From the NCBI GenBank assembly GCA_964016885.1, contig OZ024740.1:328972001-329036000 (forward strand): a stretch of DNA of 64,000 nucleotides, in the 5' to 3' direction. The stretch comes from Eledone cirrhosa (lineage: Eukaryota). A program made the position numbers and the translations under genes. How positions within the stretch are numbered: the stretch's first letter is position 1; each line of letters opens with the position of its first letter. The notes under the pieces are model-generated. The model worked only from the letters and a program-made list of their open reading frames with translations, was not told the DNA's origin and did no database searches. Positions 12,876-26,635 of the stretch are shown piece by piece.

Positions 12876-14655
12876 AGCAATATTTAGGAGGAATATTTTG
12901 CTAGAAATGGAAAACGAGGCAACAAATATACACAGCAACTGTATGAGGGTTGTTTCGGTTTATATTTAAGACATCAAATGTCCCTGAGAATAAAAAGTCA
13001 AAATCATTACACAAGGAATTACTATCCCATAAAAATATGCTACACAAACGAATCGGAATTGAAATATTGTACCACAACGTTATACATTTAAGGCAATAGT
13101 GGGGAAAAGAACTCAAATATTAAGCATATGGTGCAGAAAATTCTCAAAAGAAAATGATAAAGTGCCATTATCTCCAAGATAAAACACTGAGACAGGTTAC
13201 AAGTAAAACATGTTTTCTAGAATAGAATCCGGGCTCATTTGGGTCCAAAACTAAAACGAAAATATAGATTAATCGCAAAGAGAAAGCTACAAATAAAACT
13301 AATAGGAATCTATCTTCGATTTATATCTACGAGTAATAACTCATATCAAGAATACTGTTATATCAAGATGGGGAAAATAACATACAAAACAATCATGTCA
13401 ACTCTTACAATAGAAAGAAATCTATATATAGAGGCAAATAGACTTCAACATATATTTTAATATTTTTTGCAAACAAAAGAAACAAAAATATTAGTGACAA
13501 AAATAAAATGCTGATATATAAAATGGGTTACGAAACGTAAAGTTTGAGAGAAGAAATAAAAGCAAATATATTGCACATGAAAATACCGATACTGAGACAA
13601 AATAAACCAAAATATAGATCATAAACAGAAGATCTGCAATATATAAAGAAATATTTTAGAATACTTCTTAAGGAAAAGTAAAAATCCTTTCGAAATTGAA
13701 ATATAAATATAGGCGTAAGAAAAAGTAAACAAAAAATGAAAGCAAGGAAGTGTTGCAAAGGAATCCCGAATATACAATAATCGTGAAAGAGAAGAAGAAT
13801 ATTAATTTGTTGTTCTTTGCGTTTTGCAGATCATACTTGACTAAAGTATTTCTATTTGCTTATTATATCTATGTGTATTTATATAAGATGTATTATTAAA
13901 TTTTAGTTGAAGATGTTTCACCTACAGTGGAGTTACTTTGTGGTGTAGTGGATATTCTTTTTTCCCCCCTTTATTAGAGTTTAACATCGTAAAATTTGGT
14001 TTTCTCTGAAAATAATGCTGTAGTGTGATGTCGAATTTAAACACCTAGGTTAAATTTCCTTTTGATGTCACGTCAAAAGGAAATTTAACTCAGGTGTGTA
14101 AAGGAATAGGAAAAAATAACATATCAATCATTTTTGAATACAGGTGTCGACGAGAATTCACACAAATTCGCACGCATACACGCACACACACAGACATATA
14201 TATGTAGTGTATAATACGTAGCACGTTTACATGTATGTATTCGTTTGGCACGAAAACTAAATAGAATTGCAATTGATCCCCAGCAATAATGTAAGCAGGA
14301 GTGTATGTATTGATTCTTATCTACACACATCTAACTACACAGAATACAAGTAAAAAGAATTCCTCCCTAAAGTATATATTAAATTTACCTGATGATATGA
14401 ATAGTTTTTCTTCTCTTTGAAAATGCCAAACCACTTTCACTTACACACATAGATATACGTAGACACACACATGCCCCCCCCCTCCAAATACACACACACA
14501 CATATATGTATGTGCGTATATATATATATATATTAATAAGAGGAATTCCAACTTTGTCTGATTTACTCGTTTTATTTACAATCCTTTAAAATATATATAA
14601 TATAATGGTATTATAATGAAATAGTATGATAGAATATTAAATTCTAAGTGTTAAT

Positions 14656-14694
14656 TGAACAAGTACTTTCATGCTTTCGCAATCTTCAGGTTCA
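14656..14694 (-). ncRNA. Minimal type I hammerhead ribozyme
   Basis: Minus strand TGAAC-CTGAAGA-T-TGC-GAAA-GCA-T-GAAAG-TA-CTT-GTTCA. 5-bp stem I, intact core, palindromic stem III, CUU triplet. Lies in a ~210-bp insert between (TA)n tracts. Confidence 0.8.
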
Positions 14695-14756
14695 TGATAT
14701 GTGGTGACAGTCGAGTTTGCAATTTTCAACTGTGTATATTTACCTATCTATATCTA

Positions 14757-14790
<34 letters not shown>

Positions 14791-15138
14791 AAGTTTATAT
14801 GACATATAAAGGAATATATAGGAATATATACCGATAATATCAATTGAGAAACTGCTAGTACATATTTACATGCTATATTTTCGTTTAGGACTTATGATTA
14901 GGTATTTTAAATTTAATCATGAAGTAAGTATATTGTCTTGCACCTTAAGTGTTCTATATACATGTACTAAGAATTAGTCTTTTCTAAATTAATATTATCA
15001 CTATATTTTCATTTATATATCGTTTAAACTTATTGTAAAATTGTATGCTTTGAACATCGTGCTATTTTATTGAGAAATATAATCGGTATATATTTTTTAT
15101 ATATCGATTAAAATTAAATTTGGTATATATATATATAT

Positions 15139-15698
<560 letters not shown>

Positions 15699-16289
15699 GT
15701 ATATATATATAGGATAGAGTGACTGACGGTTTCGATGGCAAGATGAAGTGAAGTTCGAGGAGCTACCATGAGCTCGGCTAGTTACCTCTTACCGAAGTGG
15801 TAACTAGCCGAGCTCATTGTAGGTCCTCTACCTACACCGTACACTAATATACACACGACACTACATTTTACCATGTATTGAGTACACGGAACAAAATGCG
15901 CTAACTATTGTTTCAAGAGCCAATTATGGCTATCTTCCCAGATTGTGCACGCTGGTGCAGGGAGGAAAAGCGCTCAAATTCGTGGTCCTGTTGTCAGCCT
16001 CTTGGACGAGATTGAAGTTACCCTTAAATATAGGGTTTGTTAAACGGTCCATAACGAAATAATTATTCATATACTTACGTAGGGAAATAACTCAAGATTT
16101 AAAATTGAAATGGCTATGTTTGTATTTGTGTGTTCGAAATATATCAGATGTAAGGTATTATGAGGTGGTATGTAATATAGATAATTTTATATTTATATAA
16201 GTTTTTGGAGATGAATAGTATAAATGTATACCGTAGTGATAAGTGTGAAAACTAAAACCGTTATTAAGAAAGTATACAAATCAATATCA

Positions 16290-16548
16290 ATGTAGTTGAA
16301 AATCAGGTGAATTCATTGAGTGATTCCACACAGCAAGGTGTCGACCTTTGAGATGCAGATATTCTCTAAAGACGTCCTTCTTAGAGTTCAAACAATTATT
16401 GTTTGCAGAGGACAAGTCATGTAGACCCTGAACTTTTCACCTGGAGCAGAGATATTGGTACCGTTCGTACGAGGTTTGATATTGCAACTCTCGTCTAAGC
16501 AAACTCATGAGGGACTCTTTTATAATCTAATTGCCATAATATATATAA
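16290..16548 (-). pseudogene. Naiad-type PLE endonuclease C-terminal remnant
   Basis: Minus-strand YQTSYERYQYLCSR*K..CLNSKKDVFREYLH aligns by eye with YKQNHRFCKLCNME..LLNSKIERSLYCNQ at the end of the 43996 ORF. Confidence 0.45.
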
Positions 16549-16580
16549 ATATACAAATATACAAACATATATATATATAT

Positions 16581-16929
16581 AGTGAGGTTTTTTTTACAAA
16601 TTGAAAAATAACCGAGGTGTCCTACACGAGTGAAAGTATAAAGAAAAAGAGATGAAATCGAAAATGCAACTGGAGTCTTATTTTTTTTTAAAATATATAT
16701 ATTTATTTGGTTCCTTTACAGGTTTCGCAGTTCTTCTGCTTTTCAAAAGTAGAGTTGAGATGGGGGGTCTGTGGTTTTTCTCACGTCTGTGAGAAAAGCC
16801 ACAGACCCTCCATCTCAACTCTACTTTTGAAAAGCAGAAGAACTGCGAAACCTGTAAAGGAACCAAATAAATATATATATTTAAAAAAAAAATAAGACTC
16901 CAGTTGCATTTTCGATTTCATCTCTTTTT

Positions 16930-16935
<6 letters not shown>
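16581..16935. mobile_element. Near-perfect palindromic mini-element derived from the 4791-7085 PLE terminus
   Basis: Arms about 16638-16784 and 16789-16935, unique tail 16581-16637, (TA)n on both sides. ORFs 16678(-) and 16707(+) are nearly identical. Confidence 0.9.
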
Positions 16936-16970
<35 letters not shown>

Positions 16971-17171
16971 TACATGTATATCTGCATACATATATATATA
17001 TATAATTACATAAACGGAGGAAGCTAATAACGACCAATTTCCAACTCATTCAACAAACATTAGGAAATACCGGAGTATATTCCCAATTAAACGTTTGGAG
17101 TGCTAACTATATTGTATTGTGTGGATAACTGGCTGTATTATTTTATATGAGATGTATTAAAGATCTCATTT

Positions 17172-17294
17172 CCCAAACGAATCGTTTCATTGTAAGATTT
17201 CTACATGGTGGGTGAAAGTATACCAAGTTATGTAGAAACTTGCGTAATATCAATGGATTCTTATGCAAGTGGGCTCTTACAAATCTTCAGTGGG
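17172..17294 (-). ncRNA. Type I hammerhead ribozyme with extended, branched stem II
   Basis: Minus strand CCCA-CTGAAGA-T-TTGTAAGA...TCTTACAA-T-GAAACG-ATT-CGTT-TGGG. Intact core, GUU triplet, inner TTTCTACAT/ATGTAGAAA helix. Lies in the TA-flanked insert 17005-17623. Confidence 0.8.
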
Positions 17295-17620
17295 CGCCCA
17301 ATAATATTAATATTAATAACTAAATTAACATCAATATTTAGCGATAATCACCATCAGTGCTAGAAGGAGCTGTTAGGTTGTAAGTCCAGCAGTTCGAAAG
17401 AAAATCTCGCACTGTCCCCAAAATGGGAGGAGGAGGCTACCGTGAAAAATAATACACACGCAGGTCATTGAATTCTGACAAGAATTCAAGTCTCGTGCGA
17501 AGAACTCAATTGTATATATATTCATTAGAATCTTAGAGCTTATTTTACGGGTGATATGGCTTACTGGCATGACACCTATAATTTATTTTAGATTAAATTC
17601 ATTTTGATTTATCTTAATTT

Positions 17621-17686
<66 letters not shown>

Positions 17687-17688
<2 letters not shown>

Positions 17689-18077
17689 GAATGGAAAACG
17701 AAAATTCAGTGATGCATCGGAACTCAATTTATTACGTATTACCCTCGAGCTATTCACTGTTTACCCGGTGAATAGCTCGAGGTGCGATCTGTGTGTGGAT
17801 CGAAGCTGACTCTGGATTCGCAGGTTCCTGAGACACGTCTATTGATTTCGGAGCAGATCCTTTTTGTCTGAGGAACCTGCGAATCCAGAGGCAGGTTCGA
17901 TCCACACACAGATCGCACCTCGAGGTGTTCGGCGGGGAAACAATTGTAATACCTAATACATTGAGTTCCGATGCATCACTGATTTTTCGTTTTCCATTCT
18001 ATTATACTTTGTTCCGTAGGAGCATAGAGTGCTCAACCGGCATACCGCCTATGGACGCATCCTAGCTACCATAAGAC
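17687..18077 (+). mobile_element. Palindromic PLE-terminus-like element
   Basis: Arms 17687-17835 and 17866-18001, tail 18002-18077, (TA)n flanks. The right arm contains CTGAGGA...GAAAC-AATT-GTA. Confidence 0.7.
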
Positions 18078-18204
18078 ATATATACAGTATATATACATAT
18101 ATATATATATATATATACAAATATATCTATCTATCTACACACACATATACATATATATATATATATATATATAAATATATATATATATGTATATATATAT
18201 AAAT

Positions 18205-18847
<643 letters not shown>

Positions 18848-19097
18848 GTGTGTGTATGTGTGTATGTGTGTGTGTGTGTGTGTGTGTATTGTATGAAATA
18901 CAGGGTAAACTAGCGTATACTCTCTTCGGTACTCCGAATTTCGGGAAGCAATTTGATTTACTTCGTTCTACAGCCTTCAGAATATCTTTGCTATTTTATG
19001 GAGATTGCAACCAAACATTCAAGCAATATATAAACGTGAACCTAATAATATAACGGTACAATTGCCTCCTATGTTTTTTACGTTCATTTTCAAATAC

Positions 19098-19130
<33 letters not shown>

Positions 19131-19710
19131 GAAGAAATGACTTCTACAGGACGTGAACTGTTTCATTCGTATGAAATCATCACGAATGAAAGCATTCAAG
19201 TTCCGTTGAAGTCATTTCTATATGAAATTCTCGTCGTTCTCACCCTACGTATGTATTGAGTACTTTATTTATTGTGGTCACCCACCCCATCTAACTCGGG
19301 ATCTACACACACACGCACACACATACATATATACGTTTACACACACACACACACGCACGCGCACCCCCCCCCCACACATATATATATTTATCTATTTATT
19401 TTGGTATTTGTGTTGCTGCATTCTTCTTGTAAGAGCGTGTTTTGAAAGTGATATTGTTATATCATTGATGTACATGCTGGCAATAAATAAACACGCATCA
19501 GTAGAGTTTCACTTCGGTATTTATTAATTTTGAGGTGATTAATCGATCCACAGTTTGGTTTAGCAACCAAATCGATATTTAATTCTCAAACCTCATTAAT
19601 CACACATTGTCTGTCCTTTTCAATGACAAGTTTCGACTTCTGTGTCTCCTTTTCGTCACGAATTTACTCCATTTACTCTATTTTGTACTTTTTCTTCTTG
19701 TTTCTCACAG

Positions 19711-19746
19711 GTCAAAGATATTTCCGCCTCCTAGTAACAAAGCCAG
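19711..19746 (+). other. Candidate 36-nt microexon
   Basis: Long polypyrimidine tract ending TTTCTCACAG, then 36 nt, then CAG|GTAATA. Open in two phases (GQRYFRLLVTKP or SKIFPPPSNKA). Confidence 0.3.
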
Positions 19747-20486
19747 GTAATAATACTGTGCGAGTGAATTCGATTACTGAAAATCGAATTAACCGGTGTC
19801 ATATCATGACAAATCTTGACGTTGCCTGAATGAACACGCCTGGTCTGAAACCTGTTAGCTAGGGAGTGATTCAACAACGTCTTGCTAATTAATATAAACT
19901 TTTCATCAAATGTGTAGTACAATTTTCTGTGTAAATACAACGAATATACATACTCACACACGCAAACAAACACACACATACATATACATTTAACAATGTG
20001 TGCTTTCATATTAAACCTGCAAAAACCCAATGTAATTATAAGGTTTAATGTGTACCCCATTTTAATAGATGTATACACGAATAGATAAAATTCTTTGTAT
20101 ACAGAATTTATTCACATAATCTATTTTAGATGAGTGGAATTCTGTTCAAAATTAATGGCAATGTGCTCAGTATGAAGTCTGCAGATGCTTCACAGTGAGA
20201 GCGTTGGGAGCAGGCATTTTGAGGTTATTTTTCAGTTGTTATTATAAGCGGAATATTCTAAAACACAGGTTCTTAACCCATTTAGGCCAAAATCACGAAA
20301 CGCCCTACCCTATTTTTCCATTTTTCAATATACTACTGATTTTGATATCAGTCGATTACTAAAAAATTGATTAACAATATTCCAAAGATACCATTGCAGG
20401 CAGCTGAGAGTATAAATACATTCCTTGAAAGGAAATATATAAATTTCAAAAAAAGGAACATAAATGTTCTTTTTTATGAATAAGGA

Positions 20487-20905
20487 AGGCGCATGGCTTA
20501 GTGGTTAGAGCATTGGGCTTGCAATCGAAAGGTTGTGAGTTCAATTCTCGGACCGGGTGATGTGTTGTTTCACTTTATTTCATATTGCTCCAGTTTACTC
20601 AGCTGTAGAAATGAGGTGATAGGATTGGGGTCCCTATCACACCACTGCAAAGTGGTCGTGGAGGTGCCACGGCAAAAAAAGCACCCAGCCCACACTGTGA
20701 AAGTGGACGTGTCGGCGCCACGGAAAAAAGCACCCAGCACTCACTGTAAATGAGGTTGGTGTTAGGAAGGGCATCCAGCTGTAGAAATAAAGCCAGAATC
20801 AGTTCCCGTATGAGCTAGACAACGTCAGCCGACCGGACACTGCCCACAACAGGACAACCCGTCTAACCCATGCTAGCATGGAAGAACGGATGTAAAACGG
20901 TGCTG
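20487..20905 (+). mobile_element. tRNA-derived SINE nested in the hAT element
   Basis: A-box TGGCTTAGTGG, B-box GAGTTCAATTCTC, an internal duplication of GCCACGG..AAAAAAGCACCCAGC, and a 3' GTTAGGAAGGGCATCCAGCTGTAGAAA block. Confidence 0.8.
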
Positions 20906-21399
20906 CTGAAGGACCAGTTGAATTTGTTATATTCCCATCAGGCGATACCAGCTATTTTGAATATCTATACAAGAGCAACTCTGTCTATCCAAAGAGTGGT
21001 CTTATCTGGAAGAAAGTGGCAATTATATCATTTCAAAGCTTTCCAATTTTCCTTTTATTGAAACAGAGAAGAATAAATGTTGATATCTAACTTGATGTCC
21101 CCTCCTCTTTGTGAGCATAGAGACCGTGGAAGAGGGTTTTCATGACTATATAAGAGGGTATATTTATTAGTAAATGGTAAAATATATACAACAAATGAGT
21201 AAGTGAATTGCAGTCAGACTGCAACTACGAATAAAAAAAATGTTAGTTTGCTTTGTAACAATAGCATATCCAAGTCTTCGGATAAATCAACTTACTTTAA
21301 CTTTGACCTCATTTCAATGGAATCCTTGAGCTTAATGGAGTCTAGCTTACTCTTTGTCATGAGGCTGAATTTTTGTAAGATGTAGCTAGCGATCTCCAC

Positions 21400-22325
21400 G
21401 TGTAATTACATTGTAGCGGTTGCACCAAACCTCCCCTCGACTAAGTATGAGCTTGGAAAAGGTAGAGCAAATCTCTTAGCCTCTGCATGTAGGAGAATTT
21501 CCTCTTGCATCCAAAAAAGGGGTTCACCTATTTTGGGAAATCTAATTTTGATTATGTTATCTGCTTGAAGTTCAATGAATTCTTCCTGAAATTTAACGTC
21601 CAAATCATCGACGGTAGCTATGAAGGGATCTGCTATCCACATTGGGATGTCTATCTGCAAAAGGTCAACAAACTGTTCTTTCATATTGTCTTGTAGTGCA
21701 CGGAAGTGAGCGGTATACATTTGGAGTTGGTCATCGCTTACAATGTTTTGAACATTGGCGACACTCGGAAAATTATAGAATTCCCGTCAACAAAGATTCC
21801 TTTCGATGACATTCAATTTATCCAGGAATGTTTTCACAGCATTCCTTGCTTTAAGCAAGGTGATCTTCTTCCCCTGCAAAGCCATAATGACGTTATTGCA
21901 TTTGTCAAAGATGTTAGCGAAGTAGGCGCTGTCTTGCCTCACATCGAGGGTTTTCTTGTACAGTTCTGTGTTGCGTCCTCGAAGAAACTCAATGATAGAG
22001 TCGAACAGTTCAAAGAAGTGAGTAAGGCACTTGCCCTTTGAAAGCCACCTCACTTAAGTATGAAGGAGCAACTTGACGAATTCTTCGCCATTATCTTGGC
22101 ACAGTTGCCGAAAATTTTGTTCATTGAGGGAATGGTGTTTGATAACATTGATGACATCAATGGCCACCTGCAAGGACTTGCTCAGTGGCTCACTGAGTTT
22201 CTTCGCGTCCAAGTGTCGTCGATGAATGACACAATGAACAGCAAATACAGATAGATTTTCTCTCTTCAGAAGAGTGAAGAAACCCTTATGTTGGCCGACC
22301 ATTGCTCTTGCGTCATCCGTAGCAG
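21400..22325 (-). pseudogene. Buster-type hAT transposase (ZBED5/SCAND3-like), fragmented
   Basis: Motifs TDDARAMVG, HCVIHR, LLLHT*VRWLSKG and LPFPSSYLVE across ORFs 22054, 21787 and 21406. Confidence 0.92.
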
Positions 22326-22334
22326 ATGATACAA

Positions 22335-22655
22335 TGTGTGTTGTATGCAGTCCTAGATGTATGTATTACATGCTTATGTATTGCATGTGGTCCCAGCTGT
22401 ATGTATTACCAGCTTGTGTGTTGTATGTAGTCCTAGATGTGTGTATTACCTGCTTATGTGTTGCATGTGGTCCTAGATGTGTGTATTACCTGCTAAATGT
22501 GTTGTATGTAGTCCTAGATGTGTGTATTATCTGATTATGTGTTGTATGTGGTCCTAGATGTATGTGCTACCAGATTATGAGTTGTATGTGGTTCTAGATG
22601 TGTGTATTACCTACTTATGTGTTGTATGTGGTCCTAGATGTGTGTGCTACCCGCT
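22335..22655. repeat. 40-bp minisatellite, 8 copies
   Basis: TGTGTTGTATGTGGTCCTAGATGTGTGTATTACCTGCTTA. TCCTAG-like anchors at 22351, 22391, 22431, 22471, 22512, 22552, 22592 and 22632. Confidence 0.95.
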
Positions 22656-25600
22656 TTTGTGTTTTTTCTTTTCTTTTTTTATTTGTAATATTATTTATAC
22701 AATAGGGAATAAAATAGATCTACATAGTGTTAACTCGTTACGGTTGAGTCAATAATTTCAGACATGAAATACATTGTTATCGGTGAAGCAAAGACAAGAT
22801 TCTAACTGGCTGCGCTCAAAGTGTCCTTGACCCAGTTGACTGTGGTTTTTTTCCATTTTTAGGATCTCAATTACCGGTTAATGTTTAGACACGCCTGCAC
22901 ACCTGCTTACAGCTGCGGTCAGACCATAGTTATGCTGTCTGCATGCTCATTCAAATGCAATCACACTGGCTGTCTCAGAGACATACAAATATGGCTTATA
23001 AAACTTACCAAAGTTAAGAGCCTTCCAGTGCCTCCCTAGCGCCCCCCTCCTGATACCCCTTTGTTCCAAGACGCCCCCTGGAGTTCCAAAACGCCCCCTG
23101 GGGTGCATATGCCCCCCGTTGAGAACCTTTGTTCTAAAATGCTGTATCTCATAGTGGAAGTGTCGAAGAAGGGATTGTGGAATACATTATAATGATGCTT
23201 CAATACCTCCAAAGAGGTGAGAAAAAAGTCCTCTCTATTAGTTAAATGGTCTTATTTGCATGGGAGCAGTTTCAAACGTAGGAGACATTTTTGATTTTAT
23301 CTAATAAGCATCTGCTCCGACCTAAATATTTCGCATCTTTGACAAGAATATTTTGTCATGTCTCTGGGGAAAATATCACTTGAATGTGCTTCCTCTGTTG
23401 AATGTCACCTGAAATTGAAAGCTTTAACATTTTGAAGGAATGCCATTTTATTTGCAATAAAGATGTCCCGACACTTCCCGTTGATTGGGTATAGTTGTTT
23501 ATCAATACACATAGAAGCACTCTATGTATTTAATTTTCAAATTTAAAACTAATATACCGATTACATTGAATATATTTGTTAGGTATTTATTTCATCTATC
23601 TCTCTTTATATGATTTATTTGATTAAGTTTAGCTTTGGTGTGGTAAGAAAATCTCTGGAAACCAGGACAGTAGGTCTTCAGAGAGGATCCCCCTCCCCGA
23701 AGCAAATGTTTCGGCCCTTAACTTCTTATATTGTAAGGGAGTCTGGTCGCATCCAAGTCATGACTCTTGGGTGCCCTTGCTTTGGCATATAACCATTCAG
23801 ATATCAGACACTTGTGTTTTAAACCGTCTGAAGATTTATTGACAAGATCTAGCTTGAACTACTCCCAATCGCCTTTACTTTTAAACTTATATTTAAACGC
23901 TCTCTTGAATTTGAAAAAATAACGTTGGTAGTCAAGGTAGCGACGAGACGTCAACATTGTTACTGTCGCCGCCAACACTACAACCATAACTCACTCATAC
24001 TTACTTCCCCAAGCTTTCGCTAAAATACGAACACGATGACCTCAAACAGTATACATGTCATTTTTGTTCATCCTAGAATAAAATCAGCTGGAACTCCATC
24101 CCTCATTTAGGGCTCTAATCCTGGTCTTCCTAGTAGCTGAAAGGAGTTCCATGAGATTATAGGCAGATTTTCGCACACAGAAACACCCGTATGCACATGT
24201 TATATTCAAGGGGCATCCTAACATTTTTCGTCTAACAAATTCTACTCATAATATATTGTTTAACCCGAAGCTATATTAAGATAGCCTACAATGGTACCCT
24301 GTTATTTCTAAGATGTTTTTCAACTCGAAACCAGCCTACAAGGGCCGCTCCGTTACCAGCTTCTCCGTTTACAATTTCACGATATATATGTATTAGAAGA
24401 TTAATTATTTTCCAATAATTACCATGTCGGCTGCAGTTATATTTAGGTTCATTTCCATTCGCTATTATTGGTTTTCTACACAAAACGTTTTAGATGATTT
24501 CCCTTGCTTCTGGATAGAATGTATTCATTGGTTCTGTGATACAAGGCGGAATTGATTTTTGTTAAAAGTGTTGTGAATGGTGATACTGTTAGAGCTTCCT
24601 AAAAGCTTTTATTTTGTTCTTATTAATACTACATACGTTGTTTGATATTTGGAACATTTTTTGAGTGCGTACTATTGGATACTTTAATGACATTATCTGA
24701 AGATTTTATAATATTTATTAGTGGATTAAAGGAGGCCAATGAAATAACAGAAACTATAGTAAACCACTGAATAAAATTCACCTTATCTATAGATGACTTG
24801 ACTAAGGTTGGTAGGTTTCGAACAATATTGGCTCAGGCCATGTATAAGGTGACAACTTTGTTACCATACTGCTAATGAGTGATTCTCCCTATTATTCTCA
24901 AATCCTTTGAAAATAATAAAGAATTTAATGGGTTTAGTATTATATCTAACTTTCTTATTATCAAGCATGTATTTGGTATAAAATGAAGGTTCTTAAATAC
25001 GTAAAATTATGTTAGAAAGTTTTCGGATGGAAAAATTGCATGCAAGAAACAAGGGCGGCTTCAGGAGGCAAAATATCAAAAATTTTAATAAATAGCACCC
25101 CTCAATGAATTCCCTTAAGTAATATTTTATATGTAAGTTATAATTTTGTACACTTACTGAAGCAAGTTGATTTTGTTGAAGGAAACATATTCAGTTGCCA
25201 CTGTTTTATCTGGTCTTTCTTCGAGAAAGTTTCCCTGGTGGCGTTTGAGGATTATAGTATGATTTTATTTCTTGATTCGATTCGGTATGATGTTGAAGAA
25301 AAAGGGAATAGTTAAGGTGATATATTTCCTCGTAATATTTGTATGTAAATTATGTATTACACAAGGACCCGGTGATTTTGAAACTGGAAGTCACCATCTT
25401 TTGGGCATTGTTGATAGAATATTATATAAGTTCAACAAATGATATAGTACTTGCGGCTGCTTTGGAGATAAGTAACTATGATTTTAAGCCTGATCCTCGT
25501 AATGATGTCCTGCCATGTCAAATATCTTGCTAGCTTCAATGCTCGTAGCACTATATTTCATATAAGTAGATTACAGCTGAAATTGATGGTGGTTTACCCC

Positions 25601-26239
25601 TACTATAGTTTATCCAAAAAAGTTCGTAAATATATAGAAACTACACCAATTCGCTCAATTCTAAGAGTACAGAGAAGAAGCGAGGGAAAGAAGAAGAGAA
25701 AATTCATCTAAGCCAAATGCACAGCAATGAACGTGAATAAAAAGAGAAAAGCATCGTTGAAGAAGATTTGGAAAGATAGTGAGAGTGTTTTAGGAAGTGG
25801 AGAAAGGAAGTAAAGAGAACGCGTCGATGAGGAAGAAGCAAAAAGAAATGAAATACGGAGATTTAATATATATATACACGTAGTGTCTGCTATATACATT
25901 CGGAAACGCAAAAAAACGTGCACATACACACGCTACACATATCATCACTATAATGTCTCAAACTACGTAATTTACTTGAGCTCTCCCACATATATACATG
26001 CACATAAACACTCACTGACCATCCCATATATATATATATAAATCAGGAAACTGGTGTCATAGTGTATATTTATATTATAAAGTGTTAGGAACTCGATGGC
26101 GGAGCTGTTGCCGTTTCAACAGACTGAGTGCCAAAGGCATTGGTGGTTAGATGGCTGTATCATCAGGAGAAGTTATTTGTCCAAATAAGAGCATACATTG
26201 TTTATCCAATTGTAAATAAACCTTTTTAAAGACCTCGAT

Positions 26240-26317
<78 letters not shown>

Positions 26318-26541
26318 ATATTCAGTGATGTCTACGCTTGGGGGTAGGGTCCGTACCGTACCCCCAATGTAATCCGATGGCGAAAAAGACGGTCTGATCG
26401 AACCTACATATGTGGTCTGATAGTATACAGTTATATGAGTACCATACACCACAAAATATGTCAATATGATCAATAAAACAATGATGTGAATAGGTAAAAT
26501 AACTTGACTTCTTGTTTCTATTTTAATTTTTAATTTAATAC

Positions 26542-26635
<94 letters not shown>

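Larger units (their letters stand above)
20264..23131 (-). mobile_element. hAT DNA transposon, Buster/Charlie family, internally deleted
   Basis: TIRs CACAGGTTCTTAAC and CAAAGGTTCTCAAC (12/14). Perfect 8-bp TSD TTCTAAAA at 20256-20263 and 23132-23139, matching the nnnTAnnn Buster consensus. Subterminal GCCCCC motifs. Transposase remnant inside. Confidence 0.92.

Noticed and set aside
12455-12969. Acidic Asp/Asn-rich or Met-rich protein
   Set aside because: Decaying trinucleotide repeat with stops and a frameshift in the acidic frame and no splice context.
22335-22655. CRISPR-like regular array
   Set aside because: Units are contiguous with no unique spacers, the context is eukaryotic, and there are no cas genes.
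24200-25300. Old LTR-protease-like or hAT-dimerisation-like fragments
   Set aside because: Too degenerate to support by eye.
26105-26171. Minus-strand CTGATGA-TACAG..CTGTT-GAAAC hammerhead
   Set aside because: No NUH triplet and no stem I; a decayed relic at best.
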